A stretch of 64,000 nt of DNA, from NCBI GenBank assembly GCA_902574335.1, contig CACGNO010000001.1, forward strand, positions 48,009 through 112,008, in the 5' to 3' direction. Source of the DNA: an uncultured Bacteroidota bacterium (GTDB lineage Bacteria > Bacteroidota > Bacteroidia > Flavobacteriales > Flavobacteriaceae). Positions 29,601-39,799 of the stretch are shown here, one piece after another. The notes under the pieces are model-generated. The model searched no databases and was not told the DNA's origin. It was given only the letters and a program-made list of their open reading frames with translations. Each line of letters opens with the position of its first letter. Position 1 is the stretch's first letter. Position numbers and translations under genes: made by a program.

Positions 29601-30044
29601 AATGTAAGGATCATCCATATCTACCCAATAACCTATTCTTTTAGTTAGATCATTCCACACATCTGTATATTTCATCACGGCTTTTTTACATGCCTCATTA
29701 TAATCTTTGATACTAATCTTTGATCCAATGTCCTCTTTAGAAATATTTAATTCTTTTTCTACACCAAGTTCAATTGGAAGTCCATGAGTATCCCAACCAG
29801 CTTTTCTGTTTACTTTGAAGCCGTTCAGAGTTTTATATCTACAAAAGATATCTTTAATTGCTCTGGCCATCACATGATGAATCCCAGGCATTCCATTAGC
29901 TGAGGGAGGGCCCTCATAGAAAATGAATTCTTTTTTATTTCTGGTAGAAATACTCTTTTCAAATGTTTTATCAACTTTCCAAAAAGAGTAAATATGGTCA
30001 GAAACCTTAATTAGATCTAATGTTTTATATTCTTTAAATGACAT
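26673..30044 (-). CDS. ileS: Isoleucine--tRNA ligase (long, type-2-like form)
   Basis: 1123 aa. HIGH-type motif PSANGMPGIHHVMAR, KMSKS motif KMSKRLGN, and an editing-domain insert. Confidence 0.97.
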   Translation of the reverse strand: MSFKEYKTLDLIKVSDHIYSFWKVDKTFEKSISTRNKKEFIFYEGPPSANGMPGIHHVMARAIKDIFCRYKTLNGFKVNRKAGWDTHGLPIELGVEKELNISKEDIGSKISIKDYNEACKKAVMKYTDVWNDLTKRIGYWVDMDDPYITYKSKYIESVWWLLKDLHEKKLIYKGYSVQPYSPKAGTGLSSHELNQPGTYQDITDTTVTAQFECIDESVPDFLKKYSKIFVLAWTTTPWTLPSNTALTVGEKIEYCLIKTFNLYTHQPINVVLAKELITKVFKINFKEVQTQEELVFNNDKEIPYMLLETFSGKQIIGMKYHQIWDDAPLPNDSPENAFRLIAGDFVTTEDGTGIVHTAPTFGADDAIAARNAKPEVPPMLIKNKNDDLVPLVDLQGKFVKELGFLGGKFVKNEYYDKGKAPERSVDVEIAIKLKEQNKAFRVEKYTHSYPNCWRTDKPVLYYPLNSWFIKVTEKRDELIALNNKINWKPKSTGEGRFGNWLNNANDWNLSRSRFWGIPLPIWKSEDGSDTKVIGSIEQLITEINHSVENGNMNSNPFDDFEIGDMSDENYDKIDLHKHTIDDIVLTSDSKKKMFRESDLIDVWFDSGAMPYAQWHYPFENKNYIDDNKFFPADYIAEGVDQTRGWFYTLHVIGTLVFNSNSYKNVISNGLVLDKNGQKMSKRLGNAVDPFETLDKFGPDATRWYMISNSNPWDNLKFDVSGIEEVRRKFFGTLHNIYSFFSLYANIDEFKNEEKIIDYKERCELDRWIISELNTLVKEVNDAYENYEPTKSARLISKFVQDNLSNWYVRLSRRRFWKGEYNTDKIAAFQTLLECLKTVSILSSPISPFFMDNLFQDLTMNNESVHLTDFPNYLDSLINKELQTKIRKSQEICSLALSLRKKEKIKVRQPLNKIIIPYRNELEKESLVDISEFIKSEINVKNVELVGDSSKILVKKAKPNFKLLGPKFGKDLKIVSSIINNLKSDEIEKIENEKALVFENNIEILLEDIEIYFEDIEGWQVVSENGTTIALDTNINEELKNEGIAREIVNRIQNFRKDSGFNVSDKIIIEIENNNLIEKAIFENIDYIKNETLAVELNFKQILVNAQEFEFDNLNIKIKIFKNT

Positions 30045-30096
30045 AAAAAATCAAAAAACGAAAGTAATTAATTTTAATGTAATTTATGGATAATAA

Positions 30097-30203
30097 ACAG
30101 TACTTAATTGAAAATAGCCACCAAGTTTAATGATCTACCTGGTGATGAAATTCCAGATGCAAATTCTCTGTAATGAATATCAAAAATATTATCTAATATT
30201 ATC
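30097..30203 (-). pseudogene. Orphan copy of the last 32 codons plus stop of the TBDR gene at 30745..33210 (left copy of the direct repeat)
   Basis: 30102-30203 matches 30743-30844 at 99 of 102 positions. It encodes an identical IILDNIFDIHYREFASGISSPGRSLNLVAIFN* tail. The frame is closed by TAG two codons upstream of the repeat. Confidence 0.85.
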
Positions 30204-30220
30204 CGGCTCTATTTCAATCC

Positions 30221-30604
30221 TTATCCGTAAGTTTCATTTAAAAAAGTTTTCAAACTAATTAAGTCTTTAAACTTTTGATTAAGTAATGATAAAGAGGGAT
30301 AATCCTCATTTTCATTAAGTTTACTTATCCAAGAATGTGATTCGACCCAATAAGCACCATCCCAAAATTCGTAGCTACCATCTTCATACTTTTTAATTTC
30401 AATAGCAGAAGCTACAGAAACTAAATAATTTTGGTCTTCTGCATCTTCATCAAGTTCTAAAATGTTTAAATCAAAATCATAATCTTGAGTTAATATTTCG
30501 GCTTCCCAACGAAGAGGAAATTTTTGTATTTCTAAGATTGGTGTTGGATCGAAATTAGAAACTAAGTCATCAACAATTTTAATAAGTTCATTTAGGTCTT
30601 TCAT
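30221..30604 (-). CDS. Hypothetical highly acidic 127-aa cytoplasmic protein (the only gene between the two repeat copies)
   Basis: Clean ORF with no signal peptide, rich in D/E. No motif recognised. Confidence 0.6.
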   Translation of the reverse strand: MKDLNELIKIVDDLVSNFDPTPILEIQKFPLRWEAEILTQDYDFDLNILELDEDAEDQNYLVSVASAIEIKKYEDGSYEFWDGAYWVESHSWISKLNENEDYPSLSLLNQKFKDLISLKTFLNETYG

Positions 30605-30737
30605 AATTGTTTTTTATAAAAATATTAATTATTTCTAAAATCATTGTTATTAATAAAAGTATTTGAAATGGGTAGATTCGGCTGAACGAAGTATTGGAGA
30701 TATTTAAAAGAACATCATTGGTCAAACATCATTGTTT

Positions 30738-30844
30738 ACAGGACTTAATTAAAAATAGCTACCAAGTTTAATGATCTACCTGGTGATGAAATTCCAGATG
30801 CAAATTCTCTGTAATGAATATCAAAAATATTATCTAGTATTATC
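30738..30844. repeat. Right copy of the 102-107 bp direct repeat (functional 3' end of the TBDR CDS)
   Basis: Direct base-by-base comparison with 30097-30203, at an offset of 641 bp. Confidence 0.9.
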
Positions 30845-33210
30845 TTAAAATCAATGGGTCTTTTTAAAATTGTCGTCTTAAATAAGCTTGATAGTTGAAA
30901 AACCCCCCAAGCAGGCATTCCAACATACTGTATGTTTCCATTTGAGTCTACTATCAAAGGCGTTTCATCTAGACCATCCTCACCACCTATACTGTATGAA
31001 GATGCATCTTTTGAGCTAGAAAACCTGTATGATAATTGATATTGTGATTTTTCATTCATTAGTTTTAGTTTAATACTACCAAAAAGAGGAGGAATTGAAG
31101 GCATTGGGAGCATGTCTTTTAAGCTTGATCCTTTTGTGTAAGTTATACTTCCATTTATAAGAATATTATCTAAAACTCTTGCTTTTAATTCAAAGTTTCC
31201 ACCATACACTTTAGAATTACCTAAATTAAAATTCGCCATAGTTTGAACTAGTTCTTCATCATAAAGTATTCTATTGCCCTCTCCCATATAATAATCACGT
31301 CCTATTGTTCCATTCAAAATTGTATAATAAATATTGAAATTAGTTCTAAAGTTTTTATTGAACTTTGACCATCCAAAATCTAGAGTATAAACATATTCAG
31401 GTTTTAATTCCATGTTAGGAACATTCAATATTCCTGAGTTTTCTCTTATTTTTCCTATATCATCAATATTTGGAGATCTAAATCCACTTGAAATATTAAA
31501 CGATATTTTATTAAAATCATTCATTCTATGTACAATTCCTAAACTTCCGGTAATAGATGAGTTATTCATTTCTAATCCATCAAATTGCTGAAAAAATAAC
31601 GTATTATACTTGTCATCATAGTCTATATTGAAGAAATCATAATCCCAATTAGCTTTGATGCTAATTGTTGAAATTCTCAGTCCAAAATCATAATTGGTAT
31701 TTCTATTTATAAATCTTTTGTAATTAAAATATCCAGCTACTGATTTATAGCTACTTCCATCGTTAGGGTATCTAGAAATAGACTTGTTTAAATTGTCAGA
31801 ATTAACCAATGATTCAAATCCTTCAGAATTTAATTGGTTGTTTGTTAACTCTAATCCATATGCTATTGATTTTTGTCTATCGATTCTTTTGAAAAAGTCA
31901 GAGTTTAAAGAGAAAACATTTAAATTTTCATCTTGTATATTCAAAAAGTTTGAACCAAATTTTCTTTTATTTCTTGTTTCATCAATTTTTTGGTATGCAA
32001 ATGTTATATCTGCTCTATCAAATAATTTTTTGCTTTGAAAACTTAGTTTAGAAGAGATAAATGATCTTTTTTGTGGTCCATAATACCACTCTGCAAATTT
32101 TAATTTTCCCTCTTCATTTTTTTCACTCAGTTTATCAAATCTATTTATGTTTGATGATTCTGAAAACTGAAAATTTAAAATCAATCTTGCAGTTTTAGAT
32201 ATTTTTAAATTGAATTTTTGAATTAGGTCTTTTTGTTTGTAGGATGTATTTCTTTGCAAGTTAGGATTGTTGTTTACAGATTGATTTTCAAAAAACCCAC
32301 CATTAATGTTTTGTGAGTAGTAATTTACTAACCCCCAATCTTCGTATCCATGATTTCTAACTTTACCCATATGAATATCACCAAAATAAGATTTGGTATA
32401 ACTTGTGTAACTGGCCCAGTTTTTTGTGCTTAGTTCAAGAGAATAGTTATTGACTTTTGATTGATCTCTCAGGTTGTAAGAAATTGATTTTGTATAATCA
32501 AAAAATTCCTCTTTATCAAGCCTTGGTGTTTTTGTAAAAAAATGAATTACACCTCCAAGGGCATCAGAACCATATCCAACCGATGATGGACCAAATATCA
32601 CTTCAGTTCTCTCAAGAGAGTTTGCATCAATAGAAATAGCGTTATGTACGTGACCAGATCTATATATAGCATTATTCATTCTAACACCATCAACAACCAA
32701 TAAAACTCTATTCGCTTCAAAGCCCCTTATTACAGGACTTCCACCACCACTTTGCGATTTTTGTACATGAATTCCACCACCATGATAGAGCATTTCAGCT
32801 GTATTTCTCGGAATATCTAAGTTAGTACTACTTCTATTTATAACTGAAACTTTCCTTGAGAGTGTCATTATATTTTGCATATTTCTTGAAACGGAAAGAA
32901 CAACTTCATTTAAACCTAAAGCTTTAGGCGATAGAATTATATTATCACCTTCTTTTAATGAATTGTAGAGTAAAGTTTTTCTCTCATAAACTATGTGAGC
33001 AAAAACAATTGAATCAGAGTCTTTAAAGTTGTTTAAATTGACTAATCCATTTCTATTTGAAACTGCTCTAGTTGTTCTTTCAGAATCAAAGACTAATACT
33101 CCTCGAATTGGTCTACCGCTAGTTGAGTCCACGAGTGTAATTTTTTGAGAAAGAACTTCAGAAAAAAATAGAATAAATAAGAGTAATAATATATTATGAA
33201 AATACTTCAT
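30745..33210 (-). CDS. TonB-dependent outer-membrane receptor with an N-terminal CarboxypepD_reg-like domain
   Basis: 821 aa. Signal peptide, plug motifs (GGGSPVIRGFEANRVLLVVDGVRMNNAIYRSGH) and a beta-barrel with a terminal aromatic residue near the end (VAIFN). Confidence 0.9.
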   Translation of the reverse strand: MKYFHNILLLLFILFFSEVLSQKITLVDSTSGRPIRGVLVFDSERTTRAVSNRNGLVNLNNFKDSDSIVFAHIVYERKTLLYNSLKEGDNIILSPKALGLNEVVLSVSRNMQNIMTLSRKVSVINRSSTNLDIPRNTAEMLYHGGGIHVQKSQSGGGSPVIRGFEANRVLLVVDGVRMNNAIYRSGHVHNAISIDANSLERTEVIFGPSSVGYGSDALGGVIHFFTKTPRLDKEEFFDYTKSISYNLRDQSKVNNYSLELSTKNWASYTSYTKSYFGDIHMGKVRNHGYEDWGLVNYYSQNINGGFFENQSVNNNPNLQRNTSYKQKDLIQKFNLKISKTARLILNFQFSESSNINRFDKLSEKNEEGKLKFAEWYYGPQKRSFISSKLSFQSKKLFDRADITFAYQKIDETRNKRKFGSNFLNIQDENLNVFSLNSDFFKRIDRQKSIAYGLELTNNQLNSEGFESLVNSDNLNKSISRYPNDGSSYKSVAGYFNYKRFINRNTNYDFGLRISTISIKANWDYDFFNIDYDDKYNTLFFQQFDGLEMNNSSITGSLGIVHRMNDFNKISFNISSGFRSPNIDDIGKIRENSGILNVPNMELKPEYVYTLDFGWSKFNKNFRTNFNIYYTILNGTIGRDYYMGEGNRILYDEELVQTMANFNLGNSKVYGGNFELKARVLDNILINGSITYTKGSSLKDMLPMPSIPPLFGSIKLKLMNEKSQYQLSYRFSSSKDASSYSIGGEDGLDETPLIVDSNGNIQYVGMPAWGVFQLSSLFKTTILKRPIDFKIILDNIFDIHYREFASGISSPGRSLNLVAIFN

Positions 33211-33913
33211 TTAGGATATCAACAGATTTAGGTCTAATAAAACCAGAAACATGAAATTCATAATATAAAATTAAAAAGTTAAGCATGTCTTTTCTTTGTT
33301 TAATGTTTGTTAAAACTTTATTATTATAATCAAATTTTATGCCCAAAATATTCTGTAAATCATCTACAACTTGACCTTTAACATATTTTTTTGATGCAGG
33401 CGTATTTGTAAAAACCCCATTTTCAATATCAAAAAATAAATACTCATCAGATGAGTATTTAGGCATTATCCCAAGGTAATCAGAAAGTTTAAGAATAAAG
33501 AGTAAATGAAAATTAGGAGCTTTTTCAGAGTTGTCGAACCAAAGCAAACTTTGCTTCATAAATTCAAAAAGCTGAGTGTTTTTAAGGTCTATTCTTAACG
33601 TTTTAGAAAGAAATTCAGCTAAAAAAAGACAGATATTTATTTTAATAATATCATTATTAATTGAGGTAAAAGGTTCAATAACTTTAATTGTTTTTAAATA
33701 TGATAGTTTATTGTTTTTAGTATTATTGAATTCAATATCAAGAATTGTCAAAGGCTGAAGTTGTCCAAGTGTTATCTTTTTCTTTTTTTTTGTTCGTATT
33801 CCTCTTATAATAAATGATTTAAAACCAAAGCTTTTTGTATATGCCTTTAGAATTACACTAGTTTCAGAATAATTTATATAACCTAAAATTATCGCTTCAG
33901 AATTGGTAAGCAT
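33194..33913 (-). CDS. recO: DNA repair protein RecO
   Basis: 239 aa. OB-fold N-terminus (EAIILGYINYSETSVILKAYT) and typical RecO length. Confidence 0.8.
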   Translation of the reverse strand: MLTNSEAIILGYINYSETSVILKAYTKSFGFKSFIIRGIRTKKKKKITLGQLQPLTILDIEFNNTKNNKLSYLKTIKVIEPFTSINNDIIKINICLFLAEFLSKTLRIDLKNTQLFEFMKQSLLWFDNSEKAPNFHLLFILKLSDYLGIMPKYSSDEYLFFDIENGVFTNTPASKKYVKGQVVDDLQNILGIKFDYNNKVLTNIKQRKDMLNFLILYYEFHVSGFIRPKSVDILNEVFS

Positions 33914-33922
33914 TGGTATGAT

Positions 33923-35263
<1,341 letters not shown>

Positions 35264-35293
35264 TTACAATGATTTATACAAAATTAGTCATAA

Positions 35294-36433
35294 TTAACCA
35301 ATTGCCTGATCAAGATCATCAATTAGATCTTTAACATCCTCAATTCCAACACTCAGTCTGATCAATGAATCTACAATACCAATTTTATCTCTTTCCTCTT
35401 TCGGAATTGAAGCGTGAGTCATAGTAGCTGGATGATTAACTAAGCTTTCAACTCCCCCTAATGATTCTGCTAGAGTGAAAACCTTGAAATTACTTGTTAT
35501 TTTTTTTACTTTTTCAAAATTTCCATTTTTGACTGTAAATGAAATCATACCTCCAAAATTCTTCATTTGTCGAGTTGCCACATCATGATTGCGGTGTTGT
35601 TTTAATCCAGGCCAATATAATTTATCAACTGAGGGATGACCATCTAAGAATTCAGCAATCTTATATGCATTTTCACAATGTCTATCCATCCTTACATGTA
35701 ATGTTTTTATTCCTCTTAGTGTTAAAAACGAATCCATTGGACCACAGATTGCTCCACTTGAATTTTGCATGAAATATAATTTTTCAGCAAGTTCATCATT
35801 TGATACTGCCAACAGACCTAATATCACATCACTATGTCCAGCAAGAAATTTGGTTGCCGAATGCATAACTATATCGGCCCCTAAATCAATTGGTTTTTGA
35901 AGATATGGAGTTGAAAATGTATTATCAACACCTAAAAGAATATTATTTGATTTACAAATATCAGAAAGACCTTTTATATCGATTACATTTATCATTGGAT
36001 TAGTTGGTGTCTCTACCCAAATTAATTTTGTTTTGTCACTAATTAAACTCTCAACATTACTTAGATCCCTTAAATCAGTAAAGATGAATTTCAAACCAAA
36101 CTTTTTATAAATCTTATTGAATAGTCGATATGATCCGCCGTATAAGTCATTGGTTGAAATAATTTCATCACCAGATTTGAATAATTTCATAATTGCATCA
36201 ATTGCTGATAGGCCAGAACTGAATGCTAAACCATATTTGGCATTCTCTAGACTTGCTATTGATCTTTCAAGCGCGTGTCTTGTTGGGTTTTGAGTTCTAC
36301 TGTACTCATAGCCTTTATGTTCACCAGGGCTAGCTTGAGCATATGTTGAGGTTTGATAAATCGGTGGCATTACAGCACCATATGCTTTTTCTTTTATCTG
36401 TCCTCCGTGAATTACTTTAGTATTAAATTTCAT
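35294..36433 (-). CDS. Cys/Met-metabolism PLP-dependent enzyme (cystathionine gamma-synthase / beta- or gamma-lyase family)
   Basis: 379 aa with the PLP-lysine motif HSATKFLAGHSDV and an N-terminal YSRTQNPT. Confidence 0.9.
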   Translation of the reverse strand: MKFNTKVIHGGQIKEKAYGAVMPPIYQTSTYAQASPGEHKGYEYSRTQNPTRHALERSIASLENAKYGLAFSSGLSAIDAIMKLFKSGDEIISTNDLYGGSYRLFNKIYKKFGLKFIFTDLRDLSNVESLISDKTKLIWVETPTNPMINVIDIKGLSDICKSNNILLGVDNTFSTPYLQKPIDLGADIVMHSATKFLAGHSDVILGLLAVSNDELAEKLYFMQNSSGAICGPMDSFLTLRGIKTLHVRMDRHCENAYKIAEFLDGHPSVDKLYWPGLKQHRNHDVATRQMKNFGGMISFTVKNGNFEKVKKITSNFKVFTLAESLGGVESLVNHPATMTHASIPKEERDKIGIVDSLIRLSVGIEDVKDLIDDLDQAIG

Positions 36434-36937
36434 TTATTCAACTATAAATTCGCCTCTCATTATTTGATAGTGACCTGGGAATGTACATAGAAAAACATAG
36501 GTACCAGGTTCAGTGACTGTGAAGCTAATTTTATCTGATTCTCCACCACCAATCATTGAAGTGTAAGTAATTGTGTCATCTCCATCTGGTATATACTCAT
36601 TTTCTTTTGCAAGCATAGCTGCTTGAGCAAAGTCATCTACATCAACACCATTTTTAAGTAAAACAAAATTATGACCCATAAATTCTTTACCAATTTGACC
36701 TGTGTGATTTAATAATAAATTAACTTCCTCACCAGCTTTAGCTTTTAGTACGCTTTTATCAAATAACATTTGATCATTTGAGTTTAGAATTATAGTATTA
36801 GAATCGACCACTTCTTTAGGCTCTTCTTTAACTCTATCATACGAGAATTTTTCTTTTTTTGGTTCGTTTCCACAACTGATTACTAACAAAACGAAACAAA
36901 ATTGGGCTAATAACTTTTTCATAATTATTTTTTTCAA
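36434..36937 (-). CDS. Azurin-type blue-copper protein, lipoprotein form
   Basis: Lipobox (LLVISC). Cu ligands as in azurin: GHNFVL (His) and CTFPGHYQIM (Cys, His, Met). Confidence 0.85.
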   Translation of the reverse strand: MKKIIMKKLLAQFCFVLLVISCGNEPKKEKFSYDRVKEEPKEVVDSNTIILNSNDQMLFDKSVLKAKAGEEVNLLLNHTGQIGKEFMGHNFVLLKNGVDVDDFAQAAMLAKENEYIPDGDDTITYTSMIGGGESDKISFTVTEPGTYVFLCTFPGHYQIMRGEFIVE

Positions 36938-37066
36938 ATTTACAATTCATTAGTGCAATACAAAAGACATAGCGAAAAATTTAATTTATTTAGAGTTGTT
37001 TGTAATTTTTTGTAGTTTTTTCATGAAAATTAATTAGCTATATTTATTAAGTAAAACAACAATTAT

Positions 37067-37981
37067 ATGAATAGAAGAAACTTTTCTAAACTTGCAGCCA
37101 TATCTAGTTTAGTTGGATTGGCTCCATCAAAAATTTTCTCATCAGTTAAATCAGAAACAGGTCTTAAAATTTCCTTAGCTCAATGGTCATTAAATAAAGC
37201 TATAAAGGCAGGAGAGTTATCAGGGCTTGATTTCGCCAAAAAATCTAGATCTTTTGGAATAGAGGCTATTGAGTACGTATCTGGTTTATATACGACACAT
37301 TCTAACTTATTAGAAAAAATGTCAATGAAAAAATTATCAAAAGAATTAATCAAAAGATCTAATGATTACGGAATTGATAATGTATTAATTATGATTGATG
37401 GTCAGGGAAGTTTAGCAAGCTCAAATAATACAGAAAGATTAGAAGCTATTGATAACCATAAAAAATGGATAGATTTTGCTTCAGAATTAGGATGTGAGAC
37501 ATTAAGATTGAATTTAAGTGGTGAAAAGAATTTAGATAGATGGACTGACAATTCTGTTAAATCTCTAAGTACTTTGAGCAAATACAGTAAAAACATAAAT
37601 GTTGTTGTAGAAAATCATGGTGGATTATCATCAAACGGTAAATATTTAGCTAATGTAATGAGTAAAGTCAACTTAGATAATTGTGGAACACTTCCAGATT
37701 TTGGAAATTTTTGTTTAGATGGTTCTCCAAAGCGTTGTAATAAATGGTATGATATTTACCAGGGAGTTGAGGAATTAATGCCTTTTGCTCATGCTGTAAG
37801 TGCAAAATCTTATGATTTTGACTACTCTGGAAATGAAACAAAAATTGACTATTCAAAAATGATTGAAATAGTCAAAACAGCTGGCTATAAAGGTTATATT
37901 GGAATTGAATACGAGGGAAGTAGGTTAAGTGAAGATGAAGGAATTATAGCAACAAAAAAACTACTCGAAAAGTTAATTTAA
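37067..37981 (+). CDS. Tat-exported xylose-isomerase-like TIM-barrel protein (sugar phosphate isomerase/epimerase family)
   Basis: Twin-arginine signal MNRRNFSKLAAISS. The remainder resembles the AP-endonuclease-2/xylose-isomerase-like TIM-barrel family (VVENHGG). Confidence 0.75.
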   Translation: MNRRNFSKLAAISSLVGLAPSKIFSSVKSETGLKISLAQWSLNKAIKAGELSGLDFAKKSRSFGIEAIEYVSGLYTTHSNLLEKMSMKKLSKELIKRSNDYGIDNVLIMIDGQGSLASSNNTERLEAIDNHKKWIDFASELGCETLRLNLSGEKNLDRWTDNSVKSLSTLSKYSKNINVVVENHGGLSSNGKYLANVMSKVNLDNCGTLPDFGNFCLDGSPKRCNKWYDIYQGVEELMPFAHAVSAKSYDFDYSGNETKIDYSKMIEIVKTAGYKGYIGIEYEGSRLSEDEGIIATKKLLEKLI

Positions 37982-37985
37982 TATT

Positions 37986-39038
37986 ATGAAAACTATTAAG
38001 GGACCTGCTATTTTTCTAGCCCAGTTTTGTGGTGATGAAAAACCTTTTAATAACCTAAAAGATATTGGAAAATGGGCAAATAGTCTTGGATACAAAGCTG
38101 TTCAAATTCCTACATGGGATAAAAGAATATTTGATTTAGATAAAGCGGGGTCAAGTAAGGATTACTGTGATGAAGTAAAGGGAATTTTAAAAGAACAAGG
38201 TTTAGAAATTAGTGAACTCTCTACACATTTACAGGGTCAATTGGTTGCTAGTCACACGGCTTATGATTTGATGTTTGATGTTTTTGCACCAGAAAATCTT
38301 CATGGAAACGTAAAAGAGAGAACAAAATGGGCTGTAGAACAAATGAATAATGCAATTAACGCAAGTAATCATTTAGGAATTTCTCCAATGGCATCATTTT
38401 CTGGTGCATTACTCTTTCATACATTTTATCCATGGCCTCAAAGACCTGCTGGCTTAGTTGAGGAGGGATTTAAAGAATTAGCTAAAAGGTGGAAACCAAT
38501 TTTGGATCATGCCGATTCTAAAGGAGTAGATATTTGTTATGAAATTCATCCAGGTGAGGATCTTCATGATGGAGTAACTTTTGAAAGATTTTTAAAAGCC
38601 ACCAATAATCATTCAAGAGCTAAAATACTTTACGACCCAAGTCATTTTGTGTTACAACAACTAGACTATTTACAATTTATTGACTTTTATAAAGATTACA
38701 TTAAGATGTTTCATGTAAAAGATGCTGAATTTAATCCAACCGGAAAAGCAGGTGTTTACGGAGGATATTTAGACTGGAAAGATAGACCCGGTAGGTTTAG
38801 ATCACCAGGAGATGGGCAAGTAGACTTTAAATCAATTTTTTCTAAGTTAAGTCAATATGGTTTTGATGGATGGGCGGTGCTTGAATGGGAATGTTGTATA
38901 AAGAGTCCAGAGCAAGGTGCAAAAGAGGGGGCTAAATTCATTACTGATCATATTATTGAGGTCACAGAAAAATCTTTTGACGATTTTGCAGGTGCTAAAA
39001 TTGATAAGGAACAAATTAAAAAAATACTTGGTTTATGA
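37986..39038 (+). CDS. Xylose-isomerase-like TIM-barrel protein (sugar phosphate isomerase/epimerase family)
   Basis: 350 aa with the family-like segments CYEIHPGED and HVKDAE. Gap of 4 nt to the previous gene. Confidence 0.75.
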   Translation: MKTIKGPAIFLAQFCGDEKPFNNLKDIGKWANSLGYKAVQIPTWDKRIFDLDKAGSSKDYCDEVKGILKEQGLEISELSTHLQGQLVASHTAYDLMFDVFAPENLHGNVKERTKWAVEQMNNAINASNHLGISPMASFSGALLFHTFYPWPQRPAGLVEEGFKELAKRWKPILDHADSKGVDICYEIHPGEDLHDGVTFERFLKATNNHSRAKILYDPSHFVLQQLDYLQFIDFYKDYIKMFHVKDAEFNPTGKAGVYGGYLDWKDRPGRFRSPGDGQVDFKSIFSKLSQYGFDGWAVLEWECCIKSPEQGAKEGAKFITDHIIEVTEKSFDDFAGAKIDKEQIKKILGL

Positions 39039-39766
39039 GATTTTATACCACATTACTTTTAACAATTTTTTTTATAGCATGTAAAGGACAATCATCTAAG
39101 GATACTGAAATCTGGGAACCAATTCCAAATGAGGTTTACTCTATTTCAGATTCTTCTGCACCTGATGATGCTATAGTTTTATTTGATGGAACAGATTTAT
39201 CGAAATGGAAAGCCAAATGGTCAAATAAAGAAAGTGGTTGGCAAATAAATGATGATGGATCTGTTACTGTAGTATTTGATGGATCCGGGGGGATAGAAAC
39301 CTTAGAAAGTTTTGGTTCTGTACAATTACATATTGAATGGAAGACAAGTGAAGACATATCACACAAAAATCAAAGTCGTTCGAATAGTGGTGTGTTTTTA
39401 CAAAATCGATATGAAATTCAAATCTTGGATAGTTATAAATCGTCAACCTATGTTAATGGACAGGCGGGCTCAGTATATAAACAATATATACCAATGGTCA
39501 ATGCATCTAGAAAACCTGGCGAATGGCAGTCCTATGATATAATATTTGATGCTCCAAAATTTGACTCTGAAGGAAAAAAAATAAAATCAGGGTATTTTAC
39601 TGTTTTTCATAATGGTGTGCTTATTCATAATCATGTTGAAATATTAGGGACGACTGAAAATGTTGGACCACCTAAAAATATTGCTCACGGCGATGGACCA
39701 ATCTCACTTCAAAATCATTGTTGCTCTCAAGTTTCATTTAAAAATATTTGGCTTCGTAAATTATAA
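39035..39766 (+). CDS. DUF1080 (3-keto-disaccharide hydrolase-like) lipoprotein
   Basis: Lipobox (FFIAC). SNSGVFLQNRYEIQILDS and ISLQNH segments are typical of DUF1080. It overlaps the upstream gene by 4 nt. Confidence 0.8.
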   Translation: MRFYTTLLLTIFFIACKGQSSKDTEIWEPIPNEVYSISDSSAPDDAIVLFDGTDLSKWKAKWSNKESGWQINDDGSVTVVFDGSGGIETLESFGSVQLHIEWKTSEDISHKNQSRSNSGVFLQNRYEIQILDSYKSSTYVNGQAGSVYKQYIPMVNASRKPGEWQSYDIIFDAPKFDSEGKKIKSGYFTVFHNGVLIHNHVEILGTTENVGPPKNIAHGDGPISLQNHCCSQVSFKNIWLRKL

Positions 39767-39799
39767 TTTCTACTTAAAAATACTTTCTTAAATTTGTAC

